This document shows positions 28,765 to 38,594 of a DNA stretch of 64,000 nt, one piece after another (positions within the stretch are counted from its first letter, which is position 1; each line of letters starts with the position of its first letter). The position numbers and the translations under genes were made by a program. The notes under the pieces are model-generated. The model did not search any database. It had not been told where the DNA came from and was given only the letters and a program-made list of their open reading frames with translations. The DNA is from an uncultured virus (IMG/VR IMGVR_UViG_3300017763_003721) (taxonomy: Duplodnaviria > Heunggongvirae > Uroviricota > Caudoviricetes): the IMG/VR virus record IMGVR_UViG_3300017763_003721; one strand, given 5' to 3'.

Positions 28765-29079
28765 ATGAGTAATACTGATATTGAACTCGATATACAACTT
28801 GATACAAAAATTAATGATTTAATTACTGAGCCAGGTTTATATAATGTTATTTTTTTAAATGATGATGCAACTCCTATGGAATGGGTAGTTGATTTATTAG
28901 TTAGAATTTTTAAGCACACTCAATCTTCCGCTGAGAACTTGACAATGGAGATACATACTAATGGTAGTGCAATTGTTGGAACATACAGTTACGAAATTGC
29001 AGAGCATAAAACTATCGAAGCTACTTCTCTTAGTAGAGAAAATGGCTTTCCATTACAAGTAAAGCTGGAAGCGGAATGA
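28765..29079 (+). CDS. clpS: ClpAP adaptor ClpS
   Basis: YNVIFLNDDATPMEWVV, IHTNGSAIVGTY, FPLQV. Confidence 0.92.
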   Translation: MSNTDIELDIQLDTKINDLITEPGLYNVIFLNDDATPMEWVVDLLVRIFKHTQSSAENLTMEIHTNGSAIVGTYSYEIAEHKTIEATSLSRENGFPLQVKLEAE

Positions 29080-29622
29080 ATGAGTAATTTAAAAGAGTTA
29101 ACTTGGGAACACCATAAAAATGCAGAAAGACAGGAGTTTGTAAAAGAACTTATGTCAGGGAAAATTACAAAAGAACGTTACGCAACCCTTTTATTTAATT
29201 TACATCCACAATATAATATATTAGAAACTTTTGCTAGAATGTATGATCTAGTTGATGTTAGACAAGCACCTAGAATCCATGCTGACTATCATGAACTTTG
29301 GGATGAAACACAACAATTTCAGCCAGAAGTATTACCTGTTGTAAAAGAATACATGGATCACATTATGTCGATTCAACAAGATCCAGATAAACTAATGGCT
29401 CACATATATGTAAGGCACATGGGCGACCTTAGTGGCGGACAAATGATTGCTAAAAAAGTTCCTGGTTCGGGATTAATGTATCAATTCGAAGAAGATGTAA
29501 ATACCTTAAAAGAAAAAATACGAGCAAGATTAGATGATAGTATGGCTGACGAAGCCAAAATAGCTTTTGACTTTGCTACAAAATTATTTAAACAGATGCA
29601 GGAGACAACAATCAATGCCTGA
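29080..29622 (+). CDS. hemO: Heme oxygenase
   Basis: LKELTWEHHKNAE, AHIYVRHMGDLSGGQMI, EAKIAF. Confidence 0.9.
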   Translation: MSNLKELTWEHHKNAERQEFVKELMSGKITKERYATLLFNLHPQYNILETFARMYDLVDVRQAPRIHADYHELWDETQQFQPEVLPVVKEYMDHIMSIQQDPDKLMAHIYVRHMGDLSGGQMIAKKVPGSGLMYQFEEDVNTLKEKIRARLDDSMADEAKIAFDFATKLFKQMQETTINA

Positions 29623-30682
29623 AGATATTTTACTCAACAAAGGGCCGACAGAACGCGGTCATAATGAATTTAAACGTACTCGTGGTAGGGTTGGAAGTAC
29701 CACACTTCTTGCAAACCAAAAAACTTCCGTACGATTTGGTGGCGCACAAATCTCAATCACACATAAAATATCAGAAAATGTTGAAACACTTAAACGTGCT
29801 ATTGATTGGGCTGAAGAAAACAAAGTTGATTACTTAGTAACCCCAGAAGGTGCTTTAAGCGGGTACTACACTGAATATGCTGATACTGATGAACAAGTAC
29901 AAGAATTATTTGCTGCAGAAAAAGAAATAGTATCTTATGCGTCAAGTAAAAACATAGGACTGTGTCTAAGTACACTTTGGGTAGATCATGAACAATTAGG
30001 ACAATGTAAAAGAGATCAAACTCGTTATTATGATAGATTTGGAAAGTTTTTAGGTGCTTATAATAAAATTATGACAATATCCTCTGACCAAGTTGTTCCA
30101 GGAACATTCCACCCAGGCGGCATGGGCGTCTGTGACACTGAAGAGTTTGATGGGCATCCTAGTGTAAAACTATTTGCTCCTAATAATCCTGATGGAAAAT
30201 TTAAAGTAGGAACTCTGATCTGTAATGACATGTATGGAGAAGATGCCTATGGTACATCTATTGCTAGACGTGCATTGTTCAGTTTACAAAATAGAAGGCA
30301 ACCTTCAGAATTAGTTATACATCCGACATACGGGTTTAGAGGAAAAGAAGTCGACGAGGCCCTTGATCCAGAAAGGTTACAAGCTATAAGAGATTGGCAC
30401 AAAAATCATGTAGCACAACTATCGTGGTATACAATATCTACTATACTCGTAGTTGACTCTGCATCAAACTTTGGCGGCATGAAATCAAAATATGATACTG
30501 CAACCCCTAGTGGCGTATGCCAAGAGGGCAAATGGGTCATAACAGTACCTTCGCATGGAGAACATTTTTTCCATTACGATTTTAACTTACCGTTAATTGA
30601 TAATGATACTGGTATCACACCAAATCTAGATTCTTTAAGTATGCTAGCAGCAAATAATCCTAAACCAGTAGAGGAATTATAA
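29615..30682 (+). CDS. Carbon-nitrogen hydrolase (nitrilase superfamily)
   Basis: Glu-Lys-Cys triad context: VTPEGALSGY, YNK, LICND; AGGAG RBS inside hemO. Confidence 0.75.
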   Translation: MPEDILLNKGPTERGHNEFKRTRGRVGSTTLLANQKTSVRFGGAQISITHKISENVETLKRAIDWAEENKVDYLVTPEGALSGYYTEYADTDEQVQELFAAEKEIVSYASSKNIGLCLSTLWVDHEQLGQCKRDQTRYYDRFGKFLGAYNKIMTISSDQVVPGTFHPGGMGVCDTEEFDGHPSVKLFAPNNPDGKFKVGTLICNDMYGEDAYGTSIARRALFSLQNRRQPSELVIHPTYGFRGKEVDEALDPERLQAIRDWHKNHVAQLSWYTISTILVVDSASNFGGMKSKYDTATPSGVCQEGKWVITVPSHGEHFFHYDFNLPLIDNDTGITPNLDSLSMLAANNPKPVEEL

Positions 30683-31395
30683 TGTTTACATTTGAACCTG
30701 CACCAACTTCGGAAATATGGGACAAGCTAATACAATGTCAAGACAACATTATTCAGATGTTTGATAGATACGCAGAAGAGTTTGAAGAACCTGGATTAGA
30801 TCATTTCAATCGTGCTGATGGTAGTTGGATCAACAGAGTTTGGAAAAATAAACACGTTCGAAGAGCCCATATTGATGTTGTTGATGCTAGAGCAAGTAAA
30901 GGCCTTTGGATGATGCATGTGTGTTGTTTTCCAGATATTAATAATGATGGTCCTATATACGGCTTTGATGTTATTGCAGGCAAGAATAAAATTACAGGAG
31001 CATTTCATGACTTTTCACCTAGTAGTAGTTTAGAGCATGATATGATAGATGGATACAAAGAATCAGTAGAACATTTTATTCCTAAGAAGCAACGTGAATT
31101 ACCTCAATGGGCTAAGAACATTTTTACTGATAAAATGCTTGCCGCTAGTAATGTTAAAGCAGATGAAGCTGACGAAATTATTCGTATAGCATTAACAAAT
31201 CTACACGAATATTTGCATCTAATTGGTAACTCTGCAGGCGCAGGCGATAGAGATCAAGTAGCTGCCGCACAGGACTATTACTGTCATAATCAGCAACAAA
31301 ATCCACATACACCTAATGTAATGAAAAGCCTAGGACTAGATGAAGCTGATGTAGAGAAGTTCTGCACAGACATGTTGTTCCCCAAAATCGTATAA
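30682..31395 (+). CDS. pcyX: Ferredoxin-dependent bilin reductase (PcyX/PcyA-like)
   Basis: RRAHIDVV, MMHVCCFP, PIYGFDVI, FHDFSP, RELPQWA, Q..YC.NQQQNPHT; next to hemO. Confidence 0.8.
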   Translation: MFTFEPAPTSEIWDKLIQCQDNIIQMFDRYAEEFEEPGLDHFNRADGSWINRVWKNKHVRRAHIDVVDARASKGLWMMHVCCFPDINNDGPIYGFDVIAGKNKITGAFHDFSPSSSLEHDMIDGYKESVEHFIPKKQRELPQWAKNIFTDKMLAASNVKADEADEIIRIALTNLHEYLHLIGNSAGAGDRDQVAAAQDYYCHNQQQNPHTPNVMKSLGLDEADVEKFCTDMLFPKIV

Positions 31396-31402
31396 ATACT
31401 TT

Positions 31403-32791
31403 ATGCGTTATACAGAATTCAAACACAGCTTAAACGAAGGAGCGTTATCTCCCGGCAACTTAGCTAAAGACGGCCCAGATAGTCCTCGAATGGTTGCATT
31501 TGTAGATAAGTTAACCAACAGTAGCCCATTCGAATTGAACGCCGGAGGCACCGTAGTACTTGCTAGGCCAGACGAGAATGATGGACATAATCAAAAAGTA
31601 ATTGATAAATTAAAACAGATGATGTCTCCCGGACCGCTTATGAAAGCTGACGGTGAGCTAATGGCATTTGGCGCACTTAAAAAGACTACTGAGTTCGGTG
31701 GGCAAACAGCCGCAGCTGGAGAAGTAAAAACTAATATTGCTAATCGAGGAAATGTTATGGAAGGTGTACTAGGTGCAGCTACTACAGCAAGGCTAATGAA
31801 GCGTCCTGGACAAGATATTAGTGTTGCTGATATTATAGATGTTATTAAAAAAATGCCTCCCACAAGTGGTAAAGTAACATTTCCAGCATCTAGTGAAAAC
31901 AATATAACAGATAAATTCGAACTTACTGTAATGTTAGATGCCGCACATTACGAAGATTTTATTGATACAGATTTATTACAAACAGATAAAAAGATGTCAA
32001 AGTATCTTGTTCAAGTAGCAAATTATTGTAACCAAGCTGCGACTGTAGACAGATACGCAAACTTTTTTGAAAATAATTCACGACCTGATTCAGTTGCAAT
32101 TGTTGCAGACGGGATATCTGATAATAAAGGTCAAAAAACTGATATCGTTATGCAGTATGATGATAATAAAGGTCAAAGACAATTAGTGCATTTTGATATA
32201 AGTTTGAAAGCAGGCACAACTCCACAGTTTGGCCAAGCAGGAGGAGGCTCAGGAATAGCTCCACCTAGCGATGAAAACTTTACAAAACTTAATACTATGT
32301 TTGATGCATTTGGTGTAGATATAGCAGATGTTCGTGAAAAATACTTAGAGCAAAAAACATTTAACGAAGCTTATGTAGTAGGATATAACCGTGCAGCTGA
32401 GATAATCAATGACTTTTTAAGCGGTGCAGACGAAGATAAAGAAACAAAGTTTATGCAAAAGTTTATTAACGGTATTAAATATCATGGCACAAGAAATGTC
32501 GATTCTGTAAAACTTTTACAATTTGAAGAAAATAAATTTTATCTATTAGATTTTAAAAAGTTAGAAAAATTGTATGATAAGAATAATATCGATCTAGCTG
32601 CTAAAGCAGATATGCAAGGCAACGGACTACCGGTACTTGCAATTTATAATAAATCATTATCAAAACAAAATGTATTCATAAGCATACGTCCTAAGCCGGA
32701 TAATAATAAAACTAAAACTATAAGAAACCTTATACAAAAAGGTCCAGAGCTTAAAAGACTTACAGTAGTTCGTTCTACCAAAAAGAAGTAA
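31403..32791 (+). CDS. Late hypothetical protein, possible head-internal protein with a degenerate PD-(D/E)XK-like motif
   Basis: TATAAATA 4 nt before ATG; MRYTEF...LNE N-terminus; KTDIV...ISLK. Confidence 0.5.
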   Translation: MRYTEFKHSLNEGALSPGNLAKDGPDSPRMVAFVDKLTNSSPFELNAGGTVVLARPDENDGHNQKVIDKLKQMMSPGPLMKADGELMAFGALKKTTEFGGQTAAAGEVKTNIANRGNVMEGVLGAATTARLMKRPGQDISVADIIDVIKKMPPTSGKVTFPASSENNITDKFELTVMLDAAHYEDFIDTDLLQTDKKMSKYLVQVANYCNQAATVDRYANFFENNSRPDSVAIVADGISDNKGQKTDIVMQYDDNKGQRQLVHFDISLKAGTTPQFGQAGGGSGIAPPSDENFTKLNTMFDAFGVDIADVREKYLEQKTFNEAYVVGYNRAAEIINDFLSGADEDKETKFMQKFINGIKYHGTRNVDSVKLLQFEENKFYLLDFKKLEKLYDKNNIDLAAKADMQGNGLPVLAIYNKSLSKQNVFISIRPKPDNNKTKTIRNLIQKGPELKRLTVVRSTKKK

Positions 32792-32814
32792 CCCCATTTA
32801 AACACTGTTAAAAC

Positions 32815-32865
32815 ACCGTCAAAATTTTGACGGTTTCTGACCGTCAAATTTACCTGACAAATTTT
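32815..32865. repeat. Perfect 20-bp palindrome plus two degenerate half-site copies
   Basis: ACCGTCAAAATTTTGACGGT (32815-32834), ACCGTCAAATTT (32840), ACCTGACAAATTTT (32852). Confidence 0.75.
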
Positions 32866-32949
32866 CGTTGCAATTCGTTACATTAAAGTGACAACATGAT
32901 AAATACATGTGAGCAGAGCGTGAGGGCTTTGACATAGGATTGAATTACA

Positions 32950-34119
32950 ATGCGGAAGATCAAAATAAGAGCCGTGGCTGTGGCAGTCACACTGGGTGTC
33001 CTTGCATCAACAAGTTTAGCACAGGTAGCTAATGATGCAGACGGATTATATGATAGCACTAGCTTAGTAGATACTAACAATGATACCACATCAACAAGCA
33101 CAGTAACTAGCACCAACACGAATACTAATAATACGACTATTAATAGTACCAATGCTAACACGAACACCAATACGAACACCAACACAAATACAAATACTAG
33201 CACGAACACCAATACGAACACCAACACTAGCACTAACACGAATAATAATACGAATAATAGTACTATAAACAGTACAAATACAAACACAAATAATAATGTT
33301 CTCAGCGGTGGCACAAACAATACCAATGTTAATACTAATACAAATAATAGCACTATAAACAGCACAAGCACTAGTACAAACACCAATACGAATAATAACA
33401 CGAACGTTAATACTAGTACTTCTAACAATACAAATACCAATAATAGTACCATAAACAGCAGTTCTAACAACACGAATAACAACACAAATACCAATAATAG
33501 CACAGTAAATCAAACAGTAAATCAAACTAGTAATAGCACAGTAGATCAAACAGTGAATAGCACTAGTAATAATACTAATACGAATAGTAATACGAATAGT
33601 AATACGAATAATAACACGAATACAAACACTAACAATACATCTGTAGATAGTACAAGTAACAATAACAACGTCAACACTAACAATAGCAATATCAAACAAG
33701 AAATTATTAGCCCTCCCCCGACTGCTATTGCTCCTACTGTTAATGCTGGCGGCATTGATACTTGTACAACTAGTGTTAGTGGCGCGGTACAAACACAAAT
33801 ACTAGGTATTTCAGGTGGTACACACATACGTGATCTTAATTGTGAACGTTTAAAAAATTCTAAAACCCTTTACAATATGGGTATGAAGGTTGCGGCTGTG
33901 GCACTGATGTGCCAAGATCCAGGAGTCTTTCAAGCTATGAAAATGGCAGGTACACCTTGCCCATTTAACGGTACGATCGGTCCAGAAGCACAGGAACAAT
34001 GGGATGCCAATCCTGAAATGACGCCTGTGGAAAAAGAAGTGGAGACAAGACGCAATGATAAAATCGACGGCGCCATTATGGGCATTGGCGGTGTTGGTCT
34101 GCTGTTACTTCTTCTCTAG
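32950..34119 (+). CDS. Exported Asn/Thr-rich low-complexity protein with Cys-rich C-terminal domain and TM anchor
   Basis: Signal peptide; about 200 aa of NT repeats; PPTAIAP...C...DLNCERLK...MC...AGTPCP. Confidence 0.75.
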   Translation: MRKIKIRAVAVAVTLGVLASTSLAQVANDADGLYDSTSLVDTNNDTTSTSTVTSTNTNTNNTTINSTNANTNTNTNTNTNTNTSTNTNTNTNTSTNTNNNTNNSTINSTNTNTNNNVLSGGTNNTNVNTNTNNSTINSTSTSTNTNTNNNTNVNTSTSNNTNTNNSTINSSSNNTNNNTNTNNSTVNQTVNQTSNSTVDQTVNSTSNNTNTNSNTNSNTNNNTNTNTNNTSVDSTSNNNNVNTNNSNIKQEIISPPPTAIAPTVNAGGIDTCTTSVSGAVQTQILGISGGTHIRDLNCERLKNSKTLYNMGMKVAAVALMCQDPGVFQAMKMAGTPCPFNGTIGPEAQEQWDANPEMTPVEKEVETRRNDKIDGAIMGIGGVGLLLLLL

Positions 34120-36637
34120 TACAGCATACGCACAAACGACCAATCCCAATAACTGTCCTAACACGTATACAGGTACAGTAAAAACCTATGGCAATTATGA
34201 TTCAACCGATTATTCTACTACAGTAATATGTAATTCAATTGAATTAAAAAACATTATTGATAGTACTATTCATACGTATACTGTTCCTACCGATGCAAAT
34301 GGTAATCCAATTGGCGTTTACAATCCACTTACTGATGAATTTACGTTTTCTAATAATACAGCATCAGCAGTTACAGCAACAGCAAGCTTTGCTATAAATG
34401 CCGCACTACAAGCTGCTGGTATAGGATTAGAGTTTAGAGGAATGAAGTATGAATGGGAAATATATAAACCTACTGCTAGTAGTGAACTTAAAGTTACTGT
34501 AAGAATAAAATCAAATGGCGTAGGCGGACATTCATCTGGTTTAATTTACCAATCAACACATAATTATACAGGCACAGCATTTGCAAACTGGACTGCACAA
34601 GATGATGGCGGAAATGCCAAGCCACCATTTGCATTTGTTGTAGAAGATGAATGGACAGTTGAAACTGCCGTACAGGGCGACACACAAGGCGACGGTATAA
34701 GAAAAGTAAAATATACATTTTCATATGCACCAAAAATAGGACATGAAGATGACTTTGATCCAAACTATGTATATCCAGGACAGGAACAAGAAGATACAAC
34801 ATCACAACAAGAAGAAGATCAGCAAACAAGTTTTGAAGAACAATGCGAAATTAATCCACAGTTTAGTCCAGGTTGTGCTGATTATCAAGATCCTAATATA
34901 GATGACGGTATTGATGATGACTTTGATCCTGTGACAGGAATACTAGATGATGACGATCTACAAGAAGAACTAGCTAACGCAGGATTAGATAATATGATCA
35001 GTGACTCTGCACTACAGACAGGAACTAACGCAGATGGTTCACTTAGCTCAGCGATTGTTGACACAGGTGCAGACATACAAGATGGCGGACATGGTGGAAG
35101 ACATGATGGGCAAATAGACGGAACAATGCCAGACATGCCTGAGGATACTATTGCAGTTATAATGATAGTTGATGAAACAGGAGGTCCTTTAAATGACGAA
35201 CAGCTGATGGAGTTAGACGAAATAATGATAGACACATTAAACGACTTACCAGCAGGAATTGATCCAACATCAGATTTAGTTCAAGATGCACTTCAAGATG
35301 CACTAGACGAGATAGGCGGATCAATCGAAGTTATAGAATTACCGTCAATTGAGGCAGAGCTAATAGCTATAGACGAACAGCTCCAAGAACTATCAGGACC
35401 TGATCCGATGGATACTACTTCAGGCGGACCTTTAATGCATGAAGATGGTCAAATGAAAGGTCCTGAATCAGAGCCATTACCGATTGAGGTAGAAGGTGAC
35501 ATTAGCAGTGAAATATCAGAAAGTGGAGAAGTTGCAATAGAGGTAGACGGCACACTTAGTAATATTCCAGATGAACCTCAAATGGAAGAACGTGAAGAAA
35601 TTATAGAAATTGATCCTATAGACGCAGCAATTGACAGTCCTATAGAAGAAGCTACAGTAGTTTCAGAAACAGGAACAATATCAGAAACAGCAACAGTATC
35701 AGTTGCAAAACCAAGTTTAAGTGTTACACAAAAGAGAGCATTAAGTGTAGCATCAGCAACTACAGCTGCGGCTATAGAAGTAGCAGGACAACAAGCATTT
35801 GCAAGTACAACAAGTGGTATTGAACAATCACAAAGTGGATCAAGTTTAGATGCACAAGGCGGCAGTAGTACAGGTAGTAATGCAGACGGCACACCATCTA
35901 CAGGTAGTAACAGCGGTATGAGTTTTGGTAATACAGGTAGTTCAAGTGGCATAGATACAGGCGGAGCAAATACTACATCAAATAACAATAATTCAGGCAA
36001 CTTTAACATTGAACAAAATAACGATACAGGCCCGCAAACAGCATTAGGACAAAGCACATCATCTACAGGTAATGTAGAGATTGCTAGCATTATAGCAGAC
36101 TCTACAATAAGTTCACTTAACCAAAGTGGCCCAACTGGCGTGTTTGAAAGTGAAGACCTTGGGCAAGTTGAAAAAGATGCTGAATTAGCACTAGGCGGAG
36201 CAGTAACATATGAGGAAACAAACGAAACAATGTTTGGTACTATTGTTATTCCACAGTTGGACTTTACAGTACGTGAAATGATAGATGCTGTAATTAGAAA
36301 AACACTAGTTGATGCAGGTATGGAGAGTGAATTTCTTTCACTTGACGAAGTATCAGAAGAGGATTTAAAAGCACAACAGGACTTAGAGGACAAACTAGTA
36401 GAAGAAGCAATAGCAGGAAGTACTAGCGAAGATGCAAATGCCGCATACTTAGGGTACAATCCTACGTTTAGAGACTATGTTGTACCACAAGTATATGGCG
36501 GAGGCGTACAAAGCTTTTATGCACCAAAAACTATATACCCAAACAATACAAATTATGATCACCCTAACCAAAGATTTTTTAATGGGGCAAGTGATGTAAA
36601 ACATCGAGCATTAGTGAGAATGCAGTATGAAAATTAA
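34055..36637 (+). CDS. Large exported acidic protein
   Basis: Signal peptide; C.INPQFSPGC motif; Asp/Glu-rich; 860 aa. Confidence 0.7.
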   Translation: MIKSTAPLWALAVLVCCYFFSSTAYAQTTNPNNCPNTYTGTVKTYGNYDSTDYSTTVICNSIELKNIIDSTIHTYTVPTDANGNPIGVYNPLTDEFTFSNNTASAVTATASFAINAALQAAGIGLEFRGMKYEWEIYKPTASSELKVTVRIKSNGVGGHSSGLIYQSTHNYTGTAFANWTAQDDGGNAKPPFAFVVEDEWTVETAVQGDTQGDGIRKVKYTFSYAPKIGHEDDFDPNYVYPGQEQEDTTSQQEEDQQTSFEEQCEINPQFSPGCADYQDPNIDDGIDDDFDPVTGILDDDDLQEELANAGLDNMISDSALQTGTNADGSLSSAIVDTGADIQDGGHGGRHDGQIDGTMPDMPEDTIAVIMIVDETGGPLNDEQLMELDEIMIDTLNDLPAGIDPTSDLVQDALQDALDEIGGSIEVIELPSIEAELIAIDEQLQELSGPDPMDTTSGGPLMHEDGQMKGPESEPLPIEVEGDISSEISESGEVAIEVDGTLSNIPDEPQMEEREEIIEIDPIDAAIDSPIEEATVVSETGTISETATVSVAKPSLSVTQKRALSVASATTAAAIEVAGQQAFASTTSGIEQSQSGSSLDAQGGSSTGSNADGTPSTGSNSGMSFGNTGSSSGIDTGGANTTSNNNNSGNFNIEQNNDTGPQTALGQSTSSTGNVEIASIIADSTISSLNQSGPTGVFESEDLGQVEKDAELALGGAVTYEETNETMFGTIVIPQLDFTVREMIDAVIRKTLVDAGMESEFLSLDEVSEEDLKAQQDLEDKLVEEAIAGSTSEDANAAYLGYNPTFRDYVVPQVYGGGVQSFYAPKTIYPNNTNYDHPNQRFFNGASDVKHRALVRMQYEN

Positions 36638-36648
36638 AGGAGAAAAAA

Positions 36649-37140
36649 ATGGCAGAATTTGAATTCGCAGGAGCAAAGTTCCGTGGAGGAAAACTTGTAA
36701 CAGTTCTAACTGCACTATCGATGCTAGGTGGTGCAGCTTGGGGAGGTTTTGAGTTTTATAACGACTATAGAATGATGAAGGCTAAGATAGACAGATACGT
36801 AGCACCAGACCTAAGTAGTATTAATGAACGTATTAGTGTTATGGAAGAGCAAGTGGTTAATGCTGTAGACAATACACGCACAATTAAACTTGATCTAAAA
36901 AGAGATATTCAAAATATAGAAACACAAGTTGATAGAGTTGAAAAAATTGTTAAAACAACACAAGACTCTATAGACGACACACTACGTGAAGTTGAAATTG
37001 TAAGCAGAGAATCTGAAAAAGATACTAGAGACAGAATGCGTGAAACCGAAGATCGTATTGACGCATCCATGACTAAGCTTGAAAAGAAGATTAGTGAACA
37101 GATCCAAGAGGCATTAGATAATCCACTAGCACAAAAATAA
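36649..37140 (+). CDS. Membrane-anchored coiled-coil protein
   Basis: AGGAG RBS; one TM, heptads, C-terminal ALDNPL. Confidence 0.7.
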   Translation: MAEFEFAGAKFRGGKLVTVLTALSMLGGAAWGGFEFYNDYRMMKAKIDRYVAPDLSSINERISVMEEQVVNAVDNTRTIKLDLKRDIQNIETQVDRVEKIVKTTQDSIDDTLREVEIVSRESEKDTRDRMRETEDRIDASMTKLEKKISEQIQEALDNPLAQK

Positions 37141-37154
37141 ATACTTGTGGTAAA

Positions 37155-37373
37155 ATGATCTACAGATGTAAAAATGCAATTCTAGAATTGCGAGATAAAG
37201 GAAGAAGTTCTGCCTTTTATTTAAAGGGCAAACTCATGTTTGTTGGTTCTAGCACAGTAGCAATGAAATTCTTTGTTGAACATTGTGAAGAAGATCTAGA
37301 TAATAAAACTTTGAGAGAGTTTAGAAATCGTTTAGAACTGCAAGGTAGTTATAAAAACAGAGCAGTAAAATAA
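37155..37373 (+). CDS. Hypothetical protein
   Basis: 72-aa ORF after TAAATA. Confidence 0.45.
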   Translation: MIYRCKNAILELRDKGRSSAFYLKGKLMFVGSSTVAMKFFVEHCEEDLDNKTLREFRNRLELQGSYKNRAVK

Positions 37374-37375
37374 GT

Positions 37376-37858
37376 TTACCAAGCGCCGTTGGCTCTACCA
37401 ATTACCCAGATGATTCCAAAAAGTATACCGCCGCCAATGCCGGCCGCTGTTAACCCTACTATCCACTCTATAATTAATTGTTTACGTTCTTCAGCAGCAT
37501 AAACTTCACGAGCACGTTCCTTACGCATTTGTCCTTCAATGCGTACAATTTCATCCCAAGCTGACGGACCGTAGTAAAAGCTGATGTGCGTTTTCATTTC
37601 TTCACGCATTTCTTTTGCTTTTTGCTTATGTCCCCAAATTTCTAGAGCGTTTTGTTCTATCTGACTTGCGCCAAACAGTTTCTTAAACATTGGTGGATTT
37701 TGTGCTTGCTTGTGTGAAAAGTCTAAATCACTCATTGCAGTTGACCACTGAGATAGTGTGCCTGCCATATCGTGTAGTTCTTTTCCTGTGTCTATCGCTG
37801 ATTTAATACCACGGTATGCCGCGGTTGCCATTCCTATGGCAGAAATCGGATCTATCAA
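37376..37858 (-). CDS. Hypothetical protein with C-terminal TM
   Basis: MIDPISAIGMATAAY N-terminus; minus-strand TAAATA near 37902. Confidence 0.65.
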   Translation of the reverse strand: MIDPISAIGMATAAYRGIKSAIDTGKELHDMAGTLSQWSTAMSDLDFSHKQAQNPPMFKKLFGASQIEQNALEIWGHKQKAKEMREEMKTHISFYYGPSAWDEIVRIEGQMRKERAREVYAAEERKQLIIEWIVGLTAAGIGGGILFGIIWVIGRANGAW

Positions 37859-37976
37859 TATGCCCTGTCTTTCTGTAACGAATAATAGTTACCCCTACTT
37901 GTATTTATTGTATTTTATTAAAATGCAATCAATAAATAGTTGACAAGAATACTAAAACGTGTTATATTGTAAACAA

Positions 37977-38594
37977 ATGAATTTTAAATTACCTATAAGA
38001 AAGCATACTCACGTAGTTGTTATACACGGCGCCAACGCGAGCCCGAAAAGTTTCAATTATATATTAGAAAATACAAATCTAACAGATGTAACGAAAGTTA
38101 GGTATTTTAGCGGCGATGGGTTCTATAATAATTTAGAAAAAATTAAAATACAATTACAAGACATTGGCCCTTGTTTTGTAATAGCACATAGTCTAGGTGG
38201 CATTTACACTTTACATTTATTAGATCACCTCAACATAGTTGGAGTTGTTAGCATAGCCACACCTTTTGGCGGAAGCATGACTGCTGACTGGGTAAAATAC
38301 TTAATTCCTAAAAGACTATATTCTGAAATAGGAGTTGCTAGTTCACCTATCACAAATGGTCATAAGATTCCAATAAACATTCCTTGGACACAGGTAGTAA
38401 CAACTGAAGGGGCAATACCTGTACATTTTTCTAAGAATGATGGTGTAGTTACATATAAGAGTATGACTCATAGGAATGATATGAAGTTTAAAGAGATAGC
38501 GTACAATCACTATGAGATTATGAATGCACCCGAAGTTGTAAATACTATTAATAAGAAGTTGAAATCAAACTTCATATATTTTGGTGATACATGA
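37977..38594 (+). CDS. Alpha/beta-hydrolase (lipase/esterase-like)
   Basis: IHG, AHSLGG nucleophile elbow, TPFGG, NDGVV, NH; sigma70 promoter at 37940. Confidence 0.8.
   Translation: MNFKLPIRKHTHVVVIHGANASPKSFNYILENTNLTDVTKVRYFSGDGFYNNLEKIKIQLQDIGPCFVIAHSLGGIYTLHLLDHLNIVGVVSIATPFGGSMTADWVKYLIPKRLYSEIGVASSPITNGHKIPINIPWTQVVTTEGAIPVHFSKNDGVVTYKSMTHRNDMKFKEIAYNHYEIMNAPEVVNTINKKLKSNFIYFGDT

Noticed and set aside
33100..33690. Dense short repeats that might be a CRISPR array or satellite
   Set aside because: They are degenerate codons for an Asn/Thr-rich protein with no fixed repeat or spacer length; the antisense ORFs 32883-33503 and 33091-33798 are shadows of this.
35578..36459. 293-aa minus-strand ORF (and 5118-5720)
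   Set aside because: Ser/Leu-rich antisense shadows of acidic plus-strand genes.
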